DNA of 54,428 bases from Candidatus Uhrbacteria bacterium (GTDB taxonomy: Bacteria > Patescibacteriota > Patescibacteriia > JACRJV01). Under the pieces are notes generated by a model that had not been told where the DNA came from, did no database searches, and was given only the letters and a program-made list of their open reading frames with translations. Of this stretch, positions 1 to 10,879 are shown one piece after another. Every line of letters begins with the position of its first letter. The stretch's first letter is position 1. The stretch is taken from assembly GCA_016215325.1 (NCBI GenBank), contig JACRJV010000017.1, forward strand, positions 1-54,428, given 5' to 3'. Both the position numbers and the translations under genes were made by a program.

Positions 1-963
1 GGAGCAAAAATACTACCACAACACCCCGTGATCTTCGTTCCCGGCATCAAAGGATCGGTGCTGGAACGCAATGGCAACACAGTCTGGCTCACGGTTAGTG
101 AGTTGTTGGGCGCGGGGGAGCCACTCACCTGGTCGCCCGATGATGGAGTCACCACTTTACGAGCATTTGATCGGCTCACCATCATCCCATGGCTGGCAGA
201 ATATCGACCGTATTATCAAATCATCGCTCAGCTTGCTTGTACAAAAGATGGGTATGTGTTCCCATACGATTGGCGAGCGCCTCCAGCGCGAAACGCCGAA
301 CAATTCCTTGGACTCGTGAACGCCGTTATTCAAGAAACCGGACAGCGCCCCTCCGTAGTGGCGCACAGCATGGGCGGATTGATTGCGCATACGGTGGTCA
401 AAGAGCATCCGGAAAAATTTAATCGCGTGGTCTATGTTACGGTCCCGTTCGATCCCGGCATCGGATACCTCGATGATCTCACGAATGGCTCGCTGACGGG
501 GGTAAACGCAACGCTATTATCCTCTGATACGTTGTTTACGCACCCGGCCAGTTTCTTATTGTTACCGCATAACGGAACGCATCGCTACCGTGGGAACGAC
601 TTGATGGATGCGGCCGTTTGGAAAAAATTTCGATTGAGCGCGTTTTCGCGTGCGTCCGTGGATGAGCCAGCGTTCCAGAAACTTCTTGATGATACCGTTG
701 CGTATCATCAACGGCTTGATCGACCGACAGAAATCGCCTTGCCAACGCTGCTGGTAGTAGGGACTGGGCACGCAACGGTTTTTGAAATCAACCAGCAAGG
801 AAACCGAGTCATGAAAGACGGGGATGGACGCGTTTGCCGGCAGTGTAGCGCACCCCAGGATCATTTTTTGGCTCTGGAAAAACAATCCACAACACTTCAC
901 CATGGTCAGCAATTGAATGACCCCAAACTTGTGTCGGATATCATGCATTTCTTAACAAAATAG
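1..963 (+). CDS. alpha/beta-hydrolase, LCAT/PGAP1-like lipase/acyltransferase (5' end outside the window)
   Basis: Frame is open from base 1 (GAKILPQHPVIFVPG); motifs FPYDWR, AHSMGG nucleophile elbow, GDGRV, C-terminal His. Confidence 0.8.
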   Translation, partial: GAKILPQHPVIFVPGIKGSVLERNGNTVWLTVSELLGAGEPLTWSPDDGVTTLRAFDRLTIIPWLAEYRPYYQIIAQLACTKDGYVFPYDWRAPPARNAEQFLGLVNAVIQETGQRPSVVAHSMGGLIAHTVVKEHPEKFNRVVYVTVPFDPGIGYLDDLTNGSLTGVNATLLSSDTLFTHPASFLLLPHNGTHRYRGNDLMDAAVWKKFRLSAFSRASVDEPAFQKLLDDTVAYHQRLDRPTEIALPTLLVVGTGHATVFEINQQGNRVMKDGDGRVCRQCSAPQDHFLALEKQSTTLHHGQQLNDPKLVSDIMHFLTK

Positions 964-970
964 GCGAAGG

Positions 971-999
971 TTGCCCTAAATCGGTATTTGTGGTATACT
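971..999 (+). promoter_or_regulatory. sigma70-type promoter
   Basis: TTGCCC-17nt-TATACT with extended -10 TG, upstream of the DUF378 gene. Confidence 0.5.
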
Positions 1000-1035
1000 A
1001 TATAAAGTATTTACCATTTACTCATCTTCACTCGT

Positions 1036-1278
1036 ATGATGAATCATAAGTGCACACCGGCATCGGTAGCCTGGGTACTCCTGATTGTCGGAGGACTCAA
1101 CTGGGGCTTGGTTGGCCTTGGAGGATTCTTTGGTGACAACTGGAATGTTGTTAATCTCCTGTTGGGTAGTTGGCCCAAAGTCGAGTGGATCGTCTATGTG
1201 CTCGTTGGCGTATCTGCCGTTGCGAGCATGATGGGATGCCGATGTAAGACCTGCATGGCAGAAAAGTCTGCGGCATAG
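1036..1278 (+). CDS. DUF378 family small membrane protein
   Basis: LLIVGGLNWGLVG...NVV...IVYVLVGVSA signature. Confidence 0.85.
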   Translation: MMNHKCTPASVAWVLLIVGGLNWGLVGLGGFFGDNWNVVNLLLGSWPKVEWIVYVLVGVSAVASMMGCRCKTCMAEKSAA

Positions 1279-1293
1279 TAGCAATGACGGAAT

Positions 1294-1332
1294 AACACCC
1301 TGGCAGCGGGTGATTTCCGCTCCAGGGTGTTT
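1294..1332 (+). terminator. intrinsic terminator-like hairpin
   Basis: AACACCCTGG...CCAGGGTGTT stem followed by a T run after the DUF378 stop. Confidence 0.55.
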
Positions 1333-1338
1333 TGAATT

Positions 1339-3111
1339 ATGCGCGTGACCACGTGGACAATTTTTCGCGAATACCTTCGATCATTGAAGCGCTATCGGGC
1401 GTTGGTCACCTTCATTGTTGTGATGGTGGCCATCGCTTCGATGATTGAGGTCGCAGTCCCGCTCTTTTATAAGCGGTTTTTTGACGTGCTCTCGGGCCCG
1501 GCAGCTTCCTACACCGTCCTTCGGAACACGATCGTGACGATTGCCATCTTGAACGGTTGTATTTGGCTTTTGTACCGTTTGGCAGCGGCAGGAGAAATTT
1601 ACCTCATGGGCAACATGAATGTCGACCTCATCCAACGGGGGTATGATTATCTGCAATTCCATTCATTCCGGTTTTTCTCCAACAGTTTTGTGGGGTCGTT
1701 GGTGAAGAAAGTCACACGCTTCAATCGCTCCTTTGAAACCATCGAAGATAAGATTCTTTGGAACCTGTACCCGCTGGCGCTGCGCATCATCGCCGTGGTG
1801 GCGGTGCTCTTTACGGTCCATCGGACCATCGCGATCATTCTCTTGATGTGGACGCTGCTTTTTTTGTTCTTTAATTACTGGTTTGCCGTATGGAAGTTGC
1901 CATACGATGAGCGCCGTGCTGCCAAAGATAGCGAAATTACGGGCGTGCTGGCCGATGCCATCACCAATCATAGCAACATTCATTTGTTCTCAGGGTTCCG
2001 ATTTGAGCTTGCCCGGCTCCAGAATGTGGCCAATCAATGGCGCAAGCTACGGGTTTTTACATGGTCGCTCGAGCAGGTTATGGAGTCTGCCCAGTTTGCC
2101 CTGGCCATCTTGGTAGAATTTGGTCTCATGGCATTAGCATTGCGGTATTGGCGCGATGGCTTGCTGGGCGTGGGCACCTTTGTGTTGCTGCAGACATATT
2201 TCATCCAACTGTTTATTCGCCTTTGGGATTTTGGTCGCAATGTGCGCAACATCTACGAAGCTCTCGCTGATGCACGAGAAATGGTCGAAGTCCTCTATAC
2301 ACCGCACGAGATTACTAATGCGCCGGCCGCCAAGATGCTGCGAGTAGAGTCTGGCCACATTGAACTCAAGAAGGTCACGTTCAGTTACCATCAAACGCGC
2401 ACGATCATCCATGGGATCGACCTTGCGATTGCCGGTGGCCAAAAAGTCGCGCTTATTGGTCCGTCGGGGTCTGGCAAATCGACCATCGTTAAGCTGCTCT
2501 TCCGGCTCTACGAAATCGACAGCGGGAAGTTGTTGATTGACGAGCAGAACATTCAAAAAGTCACCCAAGAGAGCTTGCATTCAGCGCTGAGTTTGGTCCC
2601 GCAAGACCCGATCCTTTTCCATCGGACGCTGATGGAAAACATCCGTTACGGCCGGCGCGATGCCACGGATGCTGAGGTGATCCGCGCGGCGACCCTTGCG
2701 CATTGCCATGAATTCATTAACGATTTCCCGAACGGTTACGAAACCTTTGTGGGCGAGCGCGGGGTGAAACTTTCCGGAGGGGAGCGACAGCGTGTCGCCA
2801 TTGCTCGCGCGATTTTACGCGATGCGCCGATCCTGGTGTTGGACGAGGCAACTTCGAGCCTGGATTCGCACTCCGAAGCGCTTATTCAAGATGCGCTCAA
2901 AAATTTGATGCACGGCAAAACCACGATTGTCATTGCCCACCGGTTATCGACGATCCAGCAGATGGATCGGATCGTGGTACTGGATCATGGACGCATTGTG
3001 GAGCAGGGGAGCCACGCGAGTTTGCTTAAGACAAAGGGCAGCATGTATCAAAAGCTCTGGAAGATTCAAGCCGGAGGATTTTTGGTTGACGAAGAGGAAG
3101 AACAGGAGTAG
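1339..3111 (+). CDS. ABC exporter, fused permease/ATP-binding protein (MsbA/Atm1-like)
   Basis: TM N-terminal half; Walker A GPSGSGKS, signature LSGGERQR, Walker B LVLDEATS, AHRLST. Confidence 0.95.
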   Translation: MRVTTWTIFREYLRSLKRYRALVTFIVVMVAIASMIEVAVPLFYKRFFDVLSGPAASYTVLRNTIVTIAILNGCIWLLYRLAAAGEIYLMGNMNVDLIQRGYDYLQFHSFRFFSNSFVGSLVKKVTRFNRSFETIEDKILWNLYPLALRIIAVVAVLFTVHRTIAIILLMWTLLFLFFNYWFAVWKLPYDERRAAKDSEITGVLADAITNHSNIHLFSGFRFELARLQNVANQWRKLRVFTWSLEQVMESAQFALAILVEFGLMALALRYWRDGLLGVGTFVLLQTYFIQLFIRLWDFGRNVRNIYEALADAREMVEVLYTPHEITNAPAAKMLRVESGHIELKKVTFSYHQTRTIIHGIDLAIAGGQKVALIGPSGSGKSTIVKLLFRLYEIDSGKLLIDEQNIQKVTQESLHSALSLVPQDPILFHRTLMENIRYGRRDATDAEVIRAATLAHCHEFINDFPNGYETFVGERGVKLSGGERQRVAIARAILRDAPILVLDEATSSLDSHSEALIQDALKNLMHGKTTIVIAHRLSTIQQMDRIVVLDHGRIVEQGSHASLLKTKGSMYQKLWKIQAGGFLVDEEEEQE

Positions 3112-3263
3112 AACGGAGAGGAGGATTCACTTTTTTGGCTGCGGAACTCACGTCCCGATAGGGATCGGGAACGCCCCAACATGCATCATCGACATTCAAC
3201 CGCAGCATGTCGGGGCTCGCTCAAACAGTCCTCGCTCAAAAAAGTGAATACTCCTCTCCGTTC
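3111..3263. repeat. palindromic element family B, copy 1
   Basis: 27-bp arms (3111-3137/3237-3263, 1 mismatch) around core GGCTGCGGAACTC...GCTCAAACAGTCCTCGC with two nested hairpins. Confidence 0.85.
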
Positions 3264-3280
3264 ATTTGTTGGGAGTTGAT

Positions 3281-3898
3281 ATGGAGGATTGGAAGGCGCA
3301 GTATCGCAATTTCGCGCTGCAGGAAAAATTACTTCGGCAGCTTTTTGTTGACCGTTTTCCCGGCGATGAGTCCCGCCTTGTGGCTGCCCTGGAACTGGCA
3401 AAGAAAGCCCACAAGGGGCAAAAGCGCGATGAGGGGGACCCATATGTGATCCATCCGATTCGAGCGGCCCGGTATTTGGCCGAACACCTAAAGGAGCGCG
3501 ATCATGAAGTTATTATGGCCATGATCTTACATGATGTGGTGGAAGATACCACCGTCACGCTTGAGCAGATTCGCCAGCGGTTTGGTGATCGCGTTGCCCA
3601 ACTTGTTGATTCGGTCACCCGGCCACGCGCCAACGATGAGACAGAAGAAGAAAAGTTGACCAGCAAACCTCGGAACTATCAAAAGGTGCTTTCATCCGGC
3701 AACGAGACAATTCGAATCAAGGCTGCCGATATTTTGGATAACATGCGTTCCTGGGAAAATACCAAAGAGCAAACGCGCAAGAGTCCAAAAATATCGCGGT
3801 GGCTTGATGAGGCGCACCGGTATTATTTTGAAATCGGCTGCCGCGCCGGCGGGACAGTAGAGCAAGAGATGCGCCAGATTGCCGCGATGTTCAATTAA
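3281..3898 (+). CDS. HD-domain protein, small alarmone hydrolase (RelA/SpoT HD, Mesh1-like)
   Basis: AHKGQKR...PYVIHP...LHDVVEDT...IKAADILDNMR; no synthetase domain. Confidence 0.85.
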   Translation: MEDWKAQYRNFALQEKLLRQLFVDRFPGDESRLVAALELAKKAHKGQKRDEGDPYVIHPIRAARYLAEHLKERDHEVIMAMILHDVVEDTTVTLEQIRQRFGDRVAQLVDSVTRPRANDETEEEKLTSKPRNYQKVLSSGNETIRIKAADILDNMRSWENTKEQTRKSPKISRWLDEAHRYYFEIGCRAGGTVEQEMRQIAAMFN

Positions 3899-3912
3899 TA
3901 TTCTTTACCTCC

Positions 3913-5037
3913 TTATCTCTTCATCTCTTTATCTCCTTGGTTTGTCACGAGCTGTCCGCAAGCTGCTGCAATATCGTCTCCCATTGTTTTGCGGATCGTG
4001 GCGATTATGTGCTTCGCATGGAGAGCGGCTACAAAGCGTTCGGCGGCGCTTTGCGTAGAGCGGTTGAATTGCGCGCCCGTCGTATTGTAAGGGATGAGAT
4101 TCACTTTTACTTGCCCAATCCCGTTGACAAATTTTGCGAGCTTGTTCGCATGCTTTTCGTCATCATTGACGCCCGAAAGAAGAACATATTCAAATGTGAG
4201 ATGATGTCGGCGATTGTCGAATTTTTTTAAATAGCGCCGACTCCAATCAGAAAGTTTGACAAGAAAATCGTCGTATGAGGTAGGAACGATCGCCTTGCGG
4301 GTTGTGGCATCCGCGCTATGCAGACTCACCGCCAGGCGGACATGGGGCCATTGGCGGTCTTCTAAAAGCCGGTCTAATTGGGGGAGAAGCCCAACAGTTG
4401 AAACGGTGATATGCGTTGGGCCGATGTCGGTAAACTCAAGGATCGTGCGGACTGCCTCTTTGACGGAATCGTAATTGGCAAGCGGTTCGCCCATGCCCAT
4501 GAATACGATATTGCTGATTCTCTTGCGTCCCGTTGGAAGACCCTGGGGGCTGCCATCTTCGTTCTCGTCATCCACTTCCATTGTCTCATGTGAAGCCCAT
4601 TCAAAGGAGTGCTGTTGGAGATAGATATTCCAAAATCGATATTGGTCGACGATTTCATCGCAGGTAAGATTGCGGATAAATCCCATGGTGCCAGTTGCGC
4701 AAAATGCGCAGCGCATCGCGCACCCCACTTGGCTGGACACACAAATGGTCCACTGGCCGCGGCGGTTTTGCATGAGCACTGATTCGATTAATTTTTTGTC
4801 TGACAATTCTAGAATCGCTTTTACCGTGTCACCGTGAGCGCTTTTGAGTACGGTATGGGCAGCGACGCTCATCCAGGGTAGGTTCTGCTCCAGTTTCGCC
4901 CGCGATGCCGATGGCAGGGTACTCACAGCAATCCAACCACCTAATCGATGATCGAATACGGCCTTCTGGATTTGATCCCAACGGAATGAGGGTTCGTTGG
5001 GGAACAGCGCTTGGTACTGTTGTCGTCGGGTTTGCAT
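3913..5037 (-). CDS. rlmN: dual-specificity RNA methyltransferase RlmN (radical SAM)
   Basis: CVSSQVGCAMRCAFC, MGMGEP, AVSLH, VNLIPYN, DIAAACGQL. Confidence 0.93.
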   Translation of the reverse strand: MQTRRQQYQALFPNEPSFRWDQIQKAVFDHRLGGWIAVSTLPSASRAKLEQNLPWMSVAAHTVLKSAHGDTVKAILELSDKKLIESVLMQNRRGQWTICVSSQVGCAMRCAFCATGTMGFIRNLTCDEIVDQYRFWNIYLQQHSFEWASHETMEVDDENEDGSPQGLPTGRKRISNIVFMGMGEPLANYDSVKEAVRTILEFTDIGPTHITVSTVGLLPQLDRLLEDRQWPHVRLAVSLHSADATTRKAIVPTSYDDFLVKLSDWSRRYLKKFDNRRHHLTFEYVLLSGVNDDEKHANKLAKFVNGIGQVKVNLIPYNTTGAQFNRSTQSAAERFVAALHAKHIIATIRKTMGDDIAAACGQLVTNQGDKEMKR

Positions 5038-5134
5038 AGATCATCAGATTTTAACATCCGCTGATTGGATAGTCAAAGCCCGTTGTTCGTCTGTGCAAGA
5101 TTTGATACAGTACAGTCACTGTGTACAACGATCT

Positions 5135-5168
5135 CCTCACCCTAACCCTCTCCCCATGGGAGAGGGGA
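5135..5168. repeat. REP-like element family C, copy 1
   Basis: CCTCACCCTAACCCTCTCCC-CAT-GGGAGAGGGGA; related copy at 47633. Confidence 0.75.
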
Positions 5169-5182
5169 CACTCATATAGTCT

Positions 5183-6514
5183 ATGCATTCTCACAAAGCC
5201 TGGGTCGTTACCGTAGACATGGGATATGGCCACCAACGGGCAACGTATCCCTTGCGCGACATTGCGTACAAGGATATTGTCACCGCCAATCATTATCCAG
5301 GCATGCCCAAATCGGATCGCGAGTTGTGGCAAAAGAGCCAATATTGGTACGAAGCAGTTTCTCGTTTTAAGCAGGTTCCGATGTTGGGAGAGCGCGTCTT
5401 TAGCTTGTATGATCATCTCCAAGAGATTGAGAATTTTTACCCAAAACGTGACCTTTCCGCTCCGACATTATTACTCAAAGAAACCGATCGGATCATTCGA
5501 AGGGGGTGGGGCAAGCACTTGATTCATCAGCTGAACAAAAGAAATCTCCCCCTTGTGACATCTTTTTTTACCACCGCCCACATGGCGGATATCCACGGAT
5601 ATAAAGGACCGATTTATTGTATCATCACGGACGCGGACATGAGCCGGAGTTGGGTTGCCGTTAAGCCCAAAGAGAGTCGTATCCAGTATTTTGCACCGAC
5701 CTATCGCGTGGTTGACCGACTCAAGCTCTATGGCGTTGCCGAAGAGCGGATCGTGCTCACCGGATTCCCTTTGCCCAAGGAGAACAGCGGAGGCGCGCAT
5801 GAGCTCCAATTAATCAAACGGGATTTACTCGATCGTCTGCCCAACCTGGATACGCGACGGCGGTACGTCGAACAATATCATCGGACGCTCAAAGAGCAAC
5901 TGGGGGCCCACCCCAAAAAGAAATCACCGCATCCGCTCACTGTGGCGTTCGCCATTGGGGGGGCTGGCGCGCAAAAAGAAATTGCGTGGACGATCATGCA
6001 AAGCCTACGCCAAGCGATTATTGATCATCGATTACGTCTTGTCGTCGTGGCCGGCGTACGGAAAGAATTGAAGGATGAATATGATCAGAATGTCCGCGAT
6101 TTAGGACTCACGAGTCTCGATGGAATATGGGTTCAGGTTCTGTATACGAAAGATAAGTTTTCGTATTTTGAAAAATTCAACAGGTTACTGCGCACGACAG
6201 ACGTATTATGGACAAAACCCAGTGAGCTCTGCTTCTATACGGCGATGGGTTTACCGATTATTATGGCGCCAGCGGTGGGCAGCCAAGAGAAGTTTAACAA
6301 GCTTTGGATGAAGAGTTTGGCGGCTGGCATTGCCCAGCAAGATCCGCACTACGCCAATGAATGGCTGTTTGATTGGCTGGAAAGCGGCTGGCTGGCCGAG
6401 GCGGCAGTGCAGGGGTTCCTCGAAGCCCCAAAGTACGGTACCTTTAACATAGAGCGTATTATTCGTGAGCACCCTGAACAGATAAAAGCAGTTCGGACGG
6501 TGCTCCAATATTAA
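5183..6514 (+). CDS. GT-B fold glycosyltransferase-like protein (MGDG synthase/UgtP-like)
   Basis: MGYGH, ITDAD, TGFP, IGGAG, TKPSE, GSQE motifs in GT-B order. Confidence 0.6.
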   Translation: MHSHKAWVVTVDMGYGHQRATYPLRDIAYKDIVTANHYPGMPKSDRELWQKSQYWYEAVSRFKQVPMLGERVFSLYDHLQEIENFYPKRDLSAPTLLLKETDRIIRRGWGKHLIHQLNKRNLPLVTSFFTTAHMADIHGYKGPIYCIITDADMSRSWVAVKPKESRIQYFAPTYRVVDRLKLYGVAEERIVLTGFPLPKENSGGAHELQLIKRDLLDRLPNLDTRRRYVEQYHRTLKEQLGAHPKKKSPHPLTVAFAIGGAGAQKEIAWTIMQSLRQAIIDHRLRLVVVAGVRKELKDEYDQNVRDLGLTSLDGIWVQVLYTKDKFSYFEKFNRLLRTTDVLWTKPSELCFYTAMGLPIIMAPAVGSQEKFNKLWMKSLAAGIAQQDPHYANEWLFDWLESGWLAEAAVQGFLEAPKYGTFNIERIIREHPEQIKAVRTVLQY

Positions 6515-6521
6515 TTTTTTT

Positions 6522-7424
6522 ATGTCCAACAGCGAACTCATGGCGTATATCGCTAAACAGAAGAGCGCAGGGGTAGCGCCAGAGGAGATTGTGAAGAATT
6601 TAAAGAGTGTTGGTTGGAGTGACCAGGATATCAATGAGGCAATGGGTGGCGGTGTTGAGCAAGCAGAACCCGCCGGGACCAAGCCGAATATGGCGCTAAA
6701 AGGCGTATTCGATCTGCTCAAAGAAACGTGGGGGCAATTTATGATGCAATGGAAAACATTACTCGGCATCTCGCTTTTCCCTACAGTGGTGGGAATTGTT
6801 CTGGGCATCCCGTTATTTGCCATCGAATTTATTTCGGGGTTTTCTGAATCCCCCGATAGTGGAATGCAGACGATAAGCGGATTTATTGAGCTGGCTATCC
6901 GACTGATCGTTGCCGGTATTGGAATCTGGGCTCAAATCGCTCTTATTATGGCGAGTGTAAACCCCGCCATGGGAGCGCGTCAGGCGTTGAAACAATCATA
7001 CCGTTTATTGCCCGCCTATGCCTGGATTGCTCTACTCGTTTCCCTCGGCTCAATAGCGGGGACCTTATTGTTTATCATCCCGGGTGTTATCGTTTCGGTG
7101 TGGTGGATGTTTTCGCATTATGTCCTGGTGGGCGAACACCTACGCGGCACCAAAGCGCTGGGTCGTAGCCGTGCGTATGTCCGGGGGCGATGGTGGAAGG
7201 TTGTCGGCCGAATGATTGGATTTGGTGTACTAATGGTCGCACCAATCCTGCTGGTCATCGCGTTCGGTGGGTGGTTGTACTTCAGTGGGATAACCGGAGT
7301 TCCCATTGTTGTTAGTATCATTGTCGGTGTTGTATTGTTGATGGCCTATTCAGTTTTTGCCGGTCCATTTGGGATCCTTTACGTTTCTGCATTATATCGA
7401 TCTCTAAAACAACAGATAGTATAA
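6522..7424 (+). CDS. multi-pass membrane protein, hypothetical
   Basis: Small helical N-domain (GWSDQDI), about 6 TM segments, LFIIPG...[14 protein letters not shown] motif. Confidence 0.7.
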   Translation: MSNSELMAYIAKQKSAGVAPEEIVKNLKSVGWSDQDINEAMGGGVEQAEPAGTKPNMALKGVFDLLKETWGQFMMQWKTLLGISLFPTVVGIVLGIPLFAIEFISGFSESPDSGMQTISGFIELAIRLIVAGIGIWAQIALIMASVNPAMGARQALKQSYRLLPAYAWIALLVSLGSIAGTLLFIIPGVIVSVWWMFSHYVLVGEHLRGTKALGRSRAYVRGRWWKVVGRMIGFGVLMVAPILLVIAFGGWLYFSGITGVPIVVSIIVGVVLLMAYSVFAGPFGILYVSALYRSLKQQIV

Positions 7425-7435
7425 CCATATTGCGT

Positions 7436-8767
7436 ATGAACCATTTGATCAAGGAGCTCCGTGCCCGTGAAATTCTCGATTCGCGCGGGAATCCGACGGT
7501 TGAGGTTGATTGCGTTTTGGATGATGGATCGGTCGGACGTGCATCCGTACCATCGGGGGCATCAACAGGCAAACATGAAGTAGTGGAGTTGCGTGATAAC
7601 AATCCAAAGCGATATGGAGGGAAGGGCGTGCAAACCGCTGTCCGCAATGTGACGGCATTGGCGCGGCTACTGCGGGGCGTCGATGCCTTTGATCAGGATG
7701 CCGTGGATGAGGCAATGATTGCAGGTGATGGAACAGAAAACAAATCGAGGCTAGGAGCGAATGCCATCCTGGGAGTTTCGATGGCAGTACTCAAAGCCCA
7801 TGCTGCGAGCGTGAAGTTGCCATTGTATCGACTGATCGCGCAACTGTATCGACCGCGTCAAACACATTGGACTATGCCGGTGCCCATGATGAATATCATC
7901 AATGGTGGTGCACATGCGGATTTTGGCGCAGACTTCCAGGAATTCATGATTTTGCCCGTAGGCGCCAAGACAATGGCCGATGCCGTCCGTATGGGGGCAG
8001 AGGTATTCCATACTCTCAAGGGGGTGCTCAAAAAGAAGGGGTTAAACACAGGAGTGGGGGATGAGGGAGGGTTTGCGCCCACGGTCCACCGCAACAGCGA
8101 TGCTCCAACGATGATAATGAAAGCAATCACATTGGCGGGATACAAACCTGGAAAGGATATTGCCTTGGGTTTGGACGCGGCAGCGAGTGAATTCTTTGTG
8201 ACAGGAGATAAAGAGATAAAGACACGAAGAGATAAAGAAGGCGGATATTATGATTTGAAGCGGGATGACAAGAAGATGAATTCGTTACAACTGATCAAGT
8301 ATTATCAAAATTGGGTAAAGAAATTCCCGTTTGTCACTATTGAAGATCCGTTGAGCGAGGATGATTGGCAACATTGGCCGGAGTTTACTAATACGCTTGG
8401 TAAGCAAGTGCAGGTGGTCGGTGATGACATTTTTGTCACCAATACCAGGCTGCTTGAACGGGGGATTGCTGCCGGGGCGGCGAATGCCATCCTTATCAAA
8501 GTAAACCAAATCGGGACGATCACCGAAACGGTTCGAGCCGTTGACATGGCTGCACGGGCGGGCTGGCACGCGATTGTTTCTCATCGATCGGGCGAAACCG
8601 AAGATACCACTATCGCAGATCTTGTCGTAGGGTTGGGTACAGGCCAAATTAAAACAGGATCGCTCTCGCGTACCGAACGCACGGCAAAATATAATCAACT
8701 CATGCGGATTGAAGAAGATCTGGGGAAGAAAGCTTATTATCCAGGCAGAGAAGCGCTCCGATATTAA
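7436..8767 (+). CDS. eno: enolase
   Basis: [44 protein letters not shown]. Confidence 0.98.
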   Translation: MNHLIKELRAREILDSRGNPTVEVDCVLDDGSVGRASVPSGASTGKHEVVELRDNNPKRYGGKGVQTAVRNVTALARLLRGVDAFDQDAVDEAMIAGDGTENKSRLGANAILGVSMAVLKAHAASVKLPLYRLIAQLYRPRQTHWTMPVPMMNIINGGAHADFGADFQEFMILPVGAKTMADAVRMGAEVFHTLKGVLKKKGLNTGVGDEGGFAPTVHRNSDAPTMIMKAITLAGYKPGKDIALGLDAAASEFFVTGDKEIKTRRDKEGGYYDLKRDDKKMNSLQLIKYYQNWVKKFPFVTIEDPLSEDDWQHWPEFTNTLGKQVQVVGDDIFVTNTRLLERGIAAGAANAILIKVNQIGTITETVRAVDMAARAGWHAIVSHRSGETEDTTIADLVVGLGTGQIKTGSLSRTERTAKYNQLMRIEEDLGKKAYYPGREALRY

Positions 8768-8848
8768 ATTTTCAATACCCAATTCCTAATGAAATGTACA
8801 ATGTTGAACGTCAAAAATCGTATTGAAAATTTGTAATTAGAAATTTTC
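8767..8848. repeat. inverted array of degenerate heptamers (AATTTTC-type)
   Basis: AATTTTCAAT...ATTGAAAATT with 7-nt periodicity. Confidence 0.65.
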
Positions 8849-8853
8849 GTGGT

Positions 8854-9744
8854 ATGTGGTTGCCCATCGTCGTTGTCGCACATCTGCTGAACGCCAGCGT
8901 TTTTATTGTCGACAAAGTGATGCTCGGGAAGACCATCAAAAACCCGACAGTGTACGCCGTTATTATTGGGCTCTTGAGCGCCGTGGTCATGTTGTTGCTG
9001 CCGCTGGCTCCCTCGATCCCATCGCCGATGCTTTTATTGGAAGATATTGCTTCGGGCGCTGCACTTATTTTGGCCTTGATTACTTTTTTCGGAGCGCTCA
9101 AGCGCCTAGAGGCCAGTCGTTTGATCCCATTTGTGGGGGCCATGATCCCGCTGACCACATTTATTGCTTCGTTCCACGTTCTTGGGGAGAGGCTCTCCCT
9201 GCAGGAGGGGATCGCATTTATTTTGCTCGTCGGTGGCGGTGTCTTCATTACGCTTGATCCTCAACATCCGAACACCAAGAATACATTGAAAGGATGGATA
9301 CTTGCGGTGGCATCGGTGATTTTTTTCACCGCTTCGTTTGTGAGCATGAAGCACTTGTTTAACAATCAGGCGTTTTGGAGCGCATTCATCTGGAGCCGGT
9401 TGGGATCATTTCTTGTTGCCGTTATACTGTTGGGCAGTGGTGTGTTGCGGCGAGAGATTGTCGCGACCATCCACCGACTCCCATTCAAACAGGCGGCAGC
9501 TTTTTTAGGCAATCAGGCGCTCGGGGCCGCTGCCTTTATTCTTTTGAATATTGCGATTAAGCTTGCGCCATCGGTGACCATTGTTAATGCTCTCCAATCT
9601 GTTCAGTATGTGTTTGTATTGCTTTTTGCAATTATTGCATCCCTGAAGAGGCCGACATTGCTCAAAGAACGCATTACGCCCTTGATCATTACCGAAAAAG
9701 TCTTAGCGATCATCTTGATTGCCGAGGGGCTCTACCTGTTATAG
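8854..9744 (+). CDS. EamA/DMT family transporter
   Basis: About 10 TM segments in two EamA-like halves (LGERLS, LKERIT). Confidence 0.8.
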   Translation: MWLPIVVVAHLLNASVFIVDKVMLGKTIKNPTVYAVIIGLLSAVVMLLLPLAPSIPSPMLLLEDIASGAALILALITFFGALKRLEASRLIPFVGAMIPLTTFIASFHVLGERLSLQEGIAFILLVGGGVFITLDPQHPNTKNTLKGWILAVASVIFFTASFVSMKHLFNNQAFWSAFIWSRLGSFLVAVILLGSGVLRREIVATIHRLPFKQAAAFLGNQALGAAAFILLNIAIKLAPSVTIVNALQSVQYVFVLLFAIIASLKRPTLLKERITPLIITEKVLAIILIAEGLYLL

Positions 9745-9780
9745 TCATTGTCATCGTTAATTTCGTGGCCCCATCATTGT

Positions 9781-10776
9781 ATGAGACGTTTCTTAAAACC
9801 CCGATGGCTGCTGATCGAGTGGATAGTGATATTGACGTTGTTGATCGTTGGATTCCACGTTGTGCCAGGGCCCGTTGCTCAGCCGCCCGTTATGAGTTGG
9901 GGGGTGACATTCAACAAGGGTCTTGCAACGTATTTAGGGATGAATTGGAAGACAGCGTATAGCTCGATGCTCGATGACCTCGGTGTCCGATGGCTGCGAC
10001 TAGAAACGCCCTGGAGCGATATCGAACCAACCCCTGGAGCGTTCAACATCGATGATGTCCGATGGCAACTTGACCAAGCGGGGCGGCGTGGGGCTAAAGT
10101 GTTATTGTCCGTGGGGCGAAAACTTCCTCGATGGCCAGAGTGTTATATTCCCGATTGGGCAGCGGGATTACCCGCTCAAGCACAAGAGGTGCAAACGCTC
10201 GCAATGGTTCGCAACGTTGTGGACGCCCTAAAAGACCATCCTGCCATTTGGGCATGGCAGGTTGAGAACGAGCCGCTCTTCCCATTTGGGGAGTGTCCTC
10301 GCCCCAGCGAAACGCTCTATCGGCAAGAAGTTGAGCTCGTTCGAACTCTGGATACGCGGCCGATTGTGGGGACGGATAGCGGCGAGCTTTCCACATGGTG
10401 GCGCATGTCGTCAATCGTCGACATTCTCGGCGTCAGTATCTATCGCAAGGTGTATCACCCCATCTTGGGGTATAGTCGCTATCCTATCGTCCCCGCCGCG
10501 TATGCACGCAAGGCCGCCATTGTTGATTCGCGAGTCGGTCGTATTATCTCAACGGAATTACAGATGGAGCCCTGGGTTCCAGCCGGGTTCTTAAATACGC
10601 CGATTGAGAATCAGACTCCCATATTTACGACGCAAGATTTTACAAATAATATCGAATATGCAAAGAAGACCGGATTTGATACAGTGTACTTATGGGGAGT
10701 TGAATGGTGGGCCTGGATGAAAGAGAACAATCATCCCGAATACTGGGAGGCAGCGAAAGGACTCTTTAAGCCCTAA
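9781..10776 (+). CDS. membrane-anchored clan GH-A glycoside hydrolase (GH5/GH42-like)
   Basis: N-terminal TM; WSDIEP, acid/base WQVENEP, nucleophile TELQMEPW. Confidence 0.75.
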   Translation: MRRFLKPRWLLIEWIVILTLLIVGFHVVPGPVAQPPVMSWGVTFNKGLATYLGMNWKTAYSSMLDDLGVRWLRLETPWSDIEPTPGAFNIDDVRWQLDQAGRRGAKVLLSVGRKLPRWPECYIPDWAAGLPAQAQEVQTLAMVRNVVDALKDHPAIWAWQVENEPLFPFGECPRPSETLYRQEVELVRTLDTRPIVGTDSGELSTWWRMSSIVDILGVSIYRKVYHPILGYSRYPIVPAAYARKAAIVDSRVGRIISTELQMEPWVPAGFLNTPIENQTPIFTTQDFTNNIEYAKKTGFDTVYLWGVEWWAWMKENNHPEYWEAAKGLFKP

Positions 10777-10871
10777 ATTTCTAATGTCTAATTTCTAATT
10801 CCTAATAAACTGTTCAATGCCTCAATATCCAATTTCGTTCATTGGAAATTAGGAATTGGGAATTAGATATT
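10777..10871. repeat. inverted array of degenerate heptamers
   Basis: AATTTCT AATGTCT AATTTCT AATTCCT ... GGAAATT AGGAATT GGGAATT AGATATT. Confidence 0.8.
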
Positions 10872-10879
10872 CGTATGAT

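Noticed and set aside
4526-4545. GLPTGR in the RlmN acidic insert resembles the translation (LPTGRQ) of the 20-nt CCTGCCTACCGGCAGGCAGG repeat
   Set aside because: The underlying DNA (CTT CCA ACG GGA CGC) is not palindromic and differs at most wobble sites; a 5-aa match is too weak.
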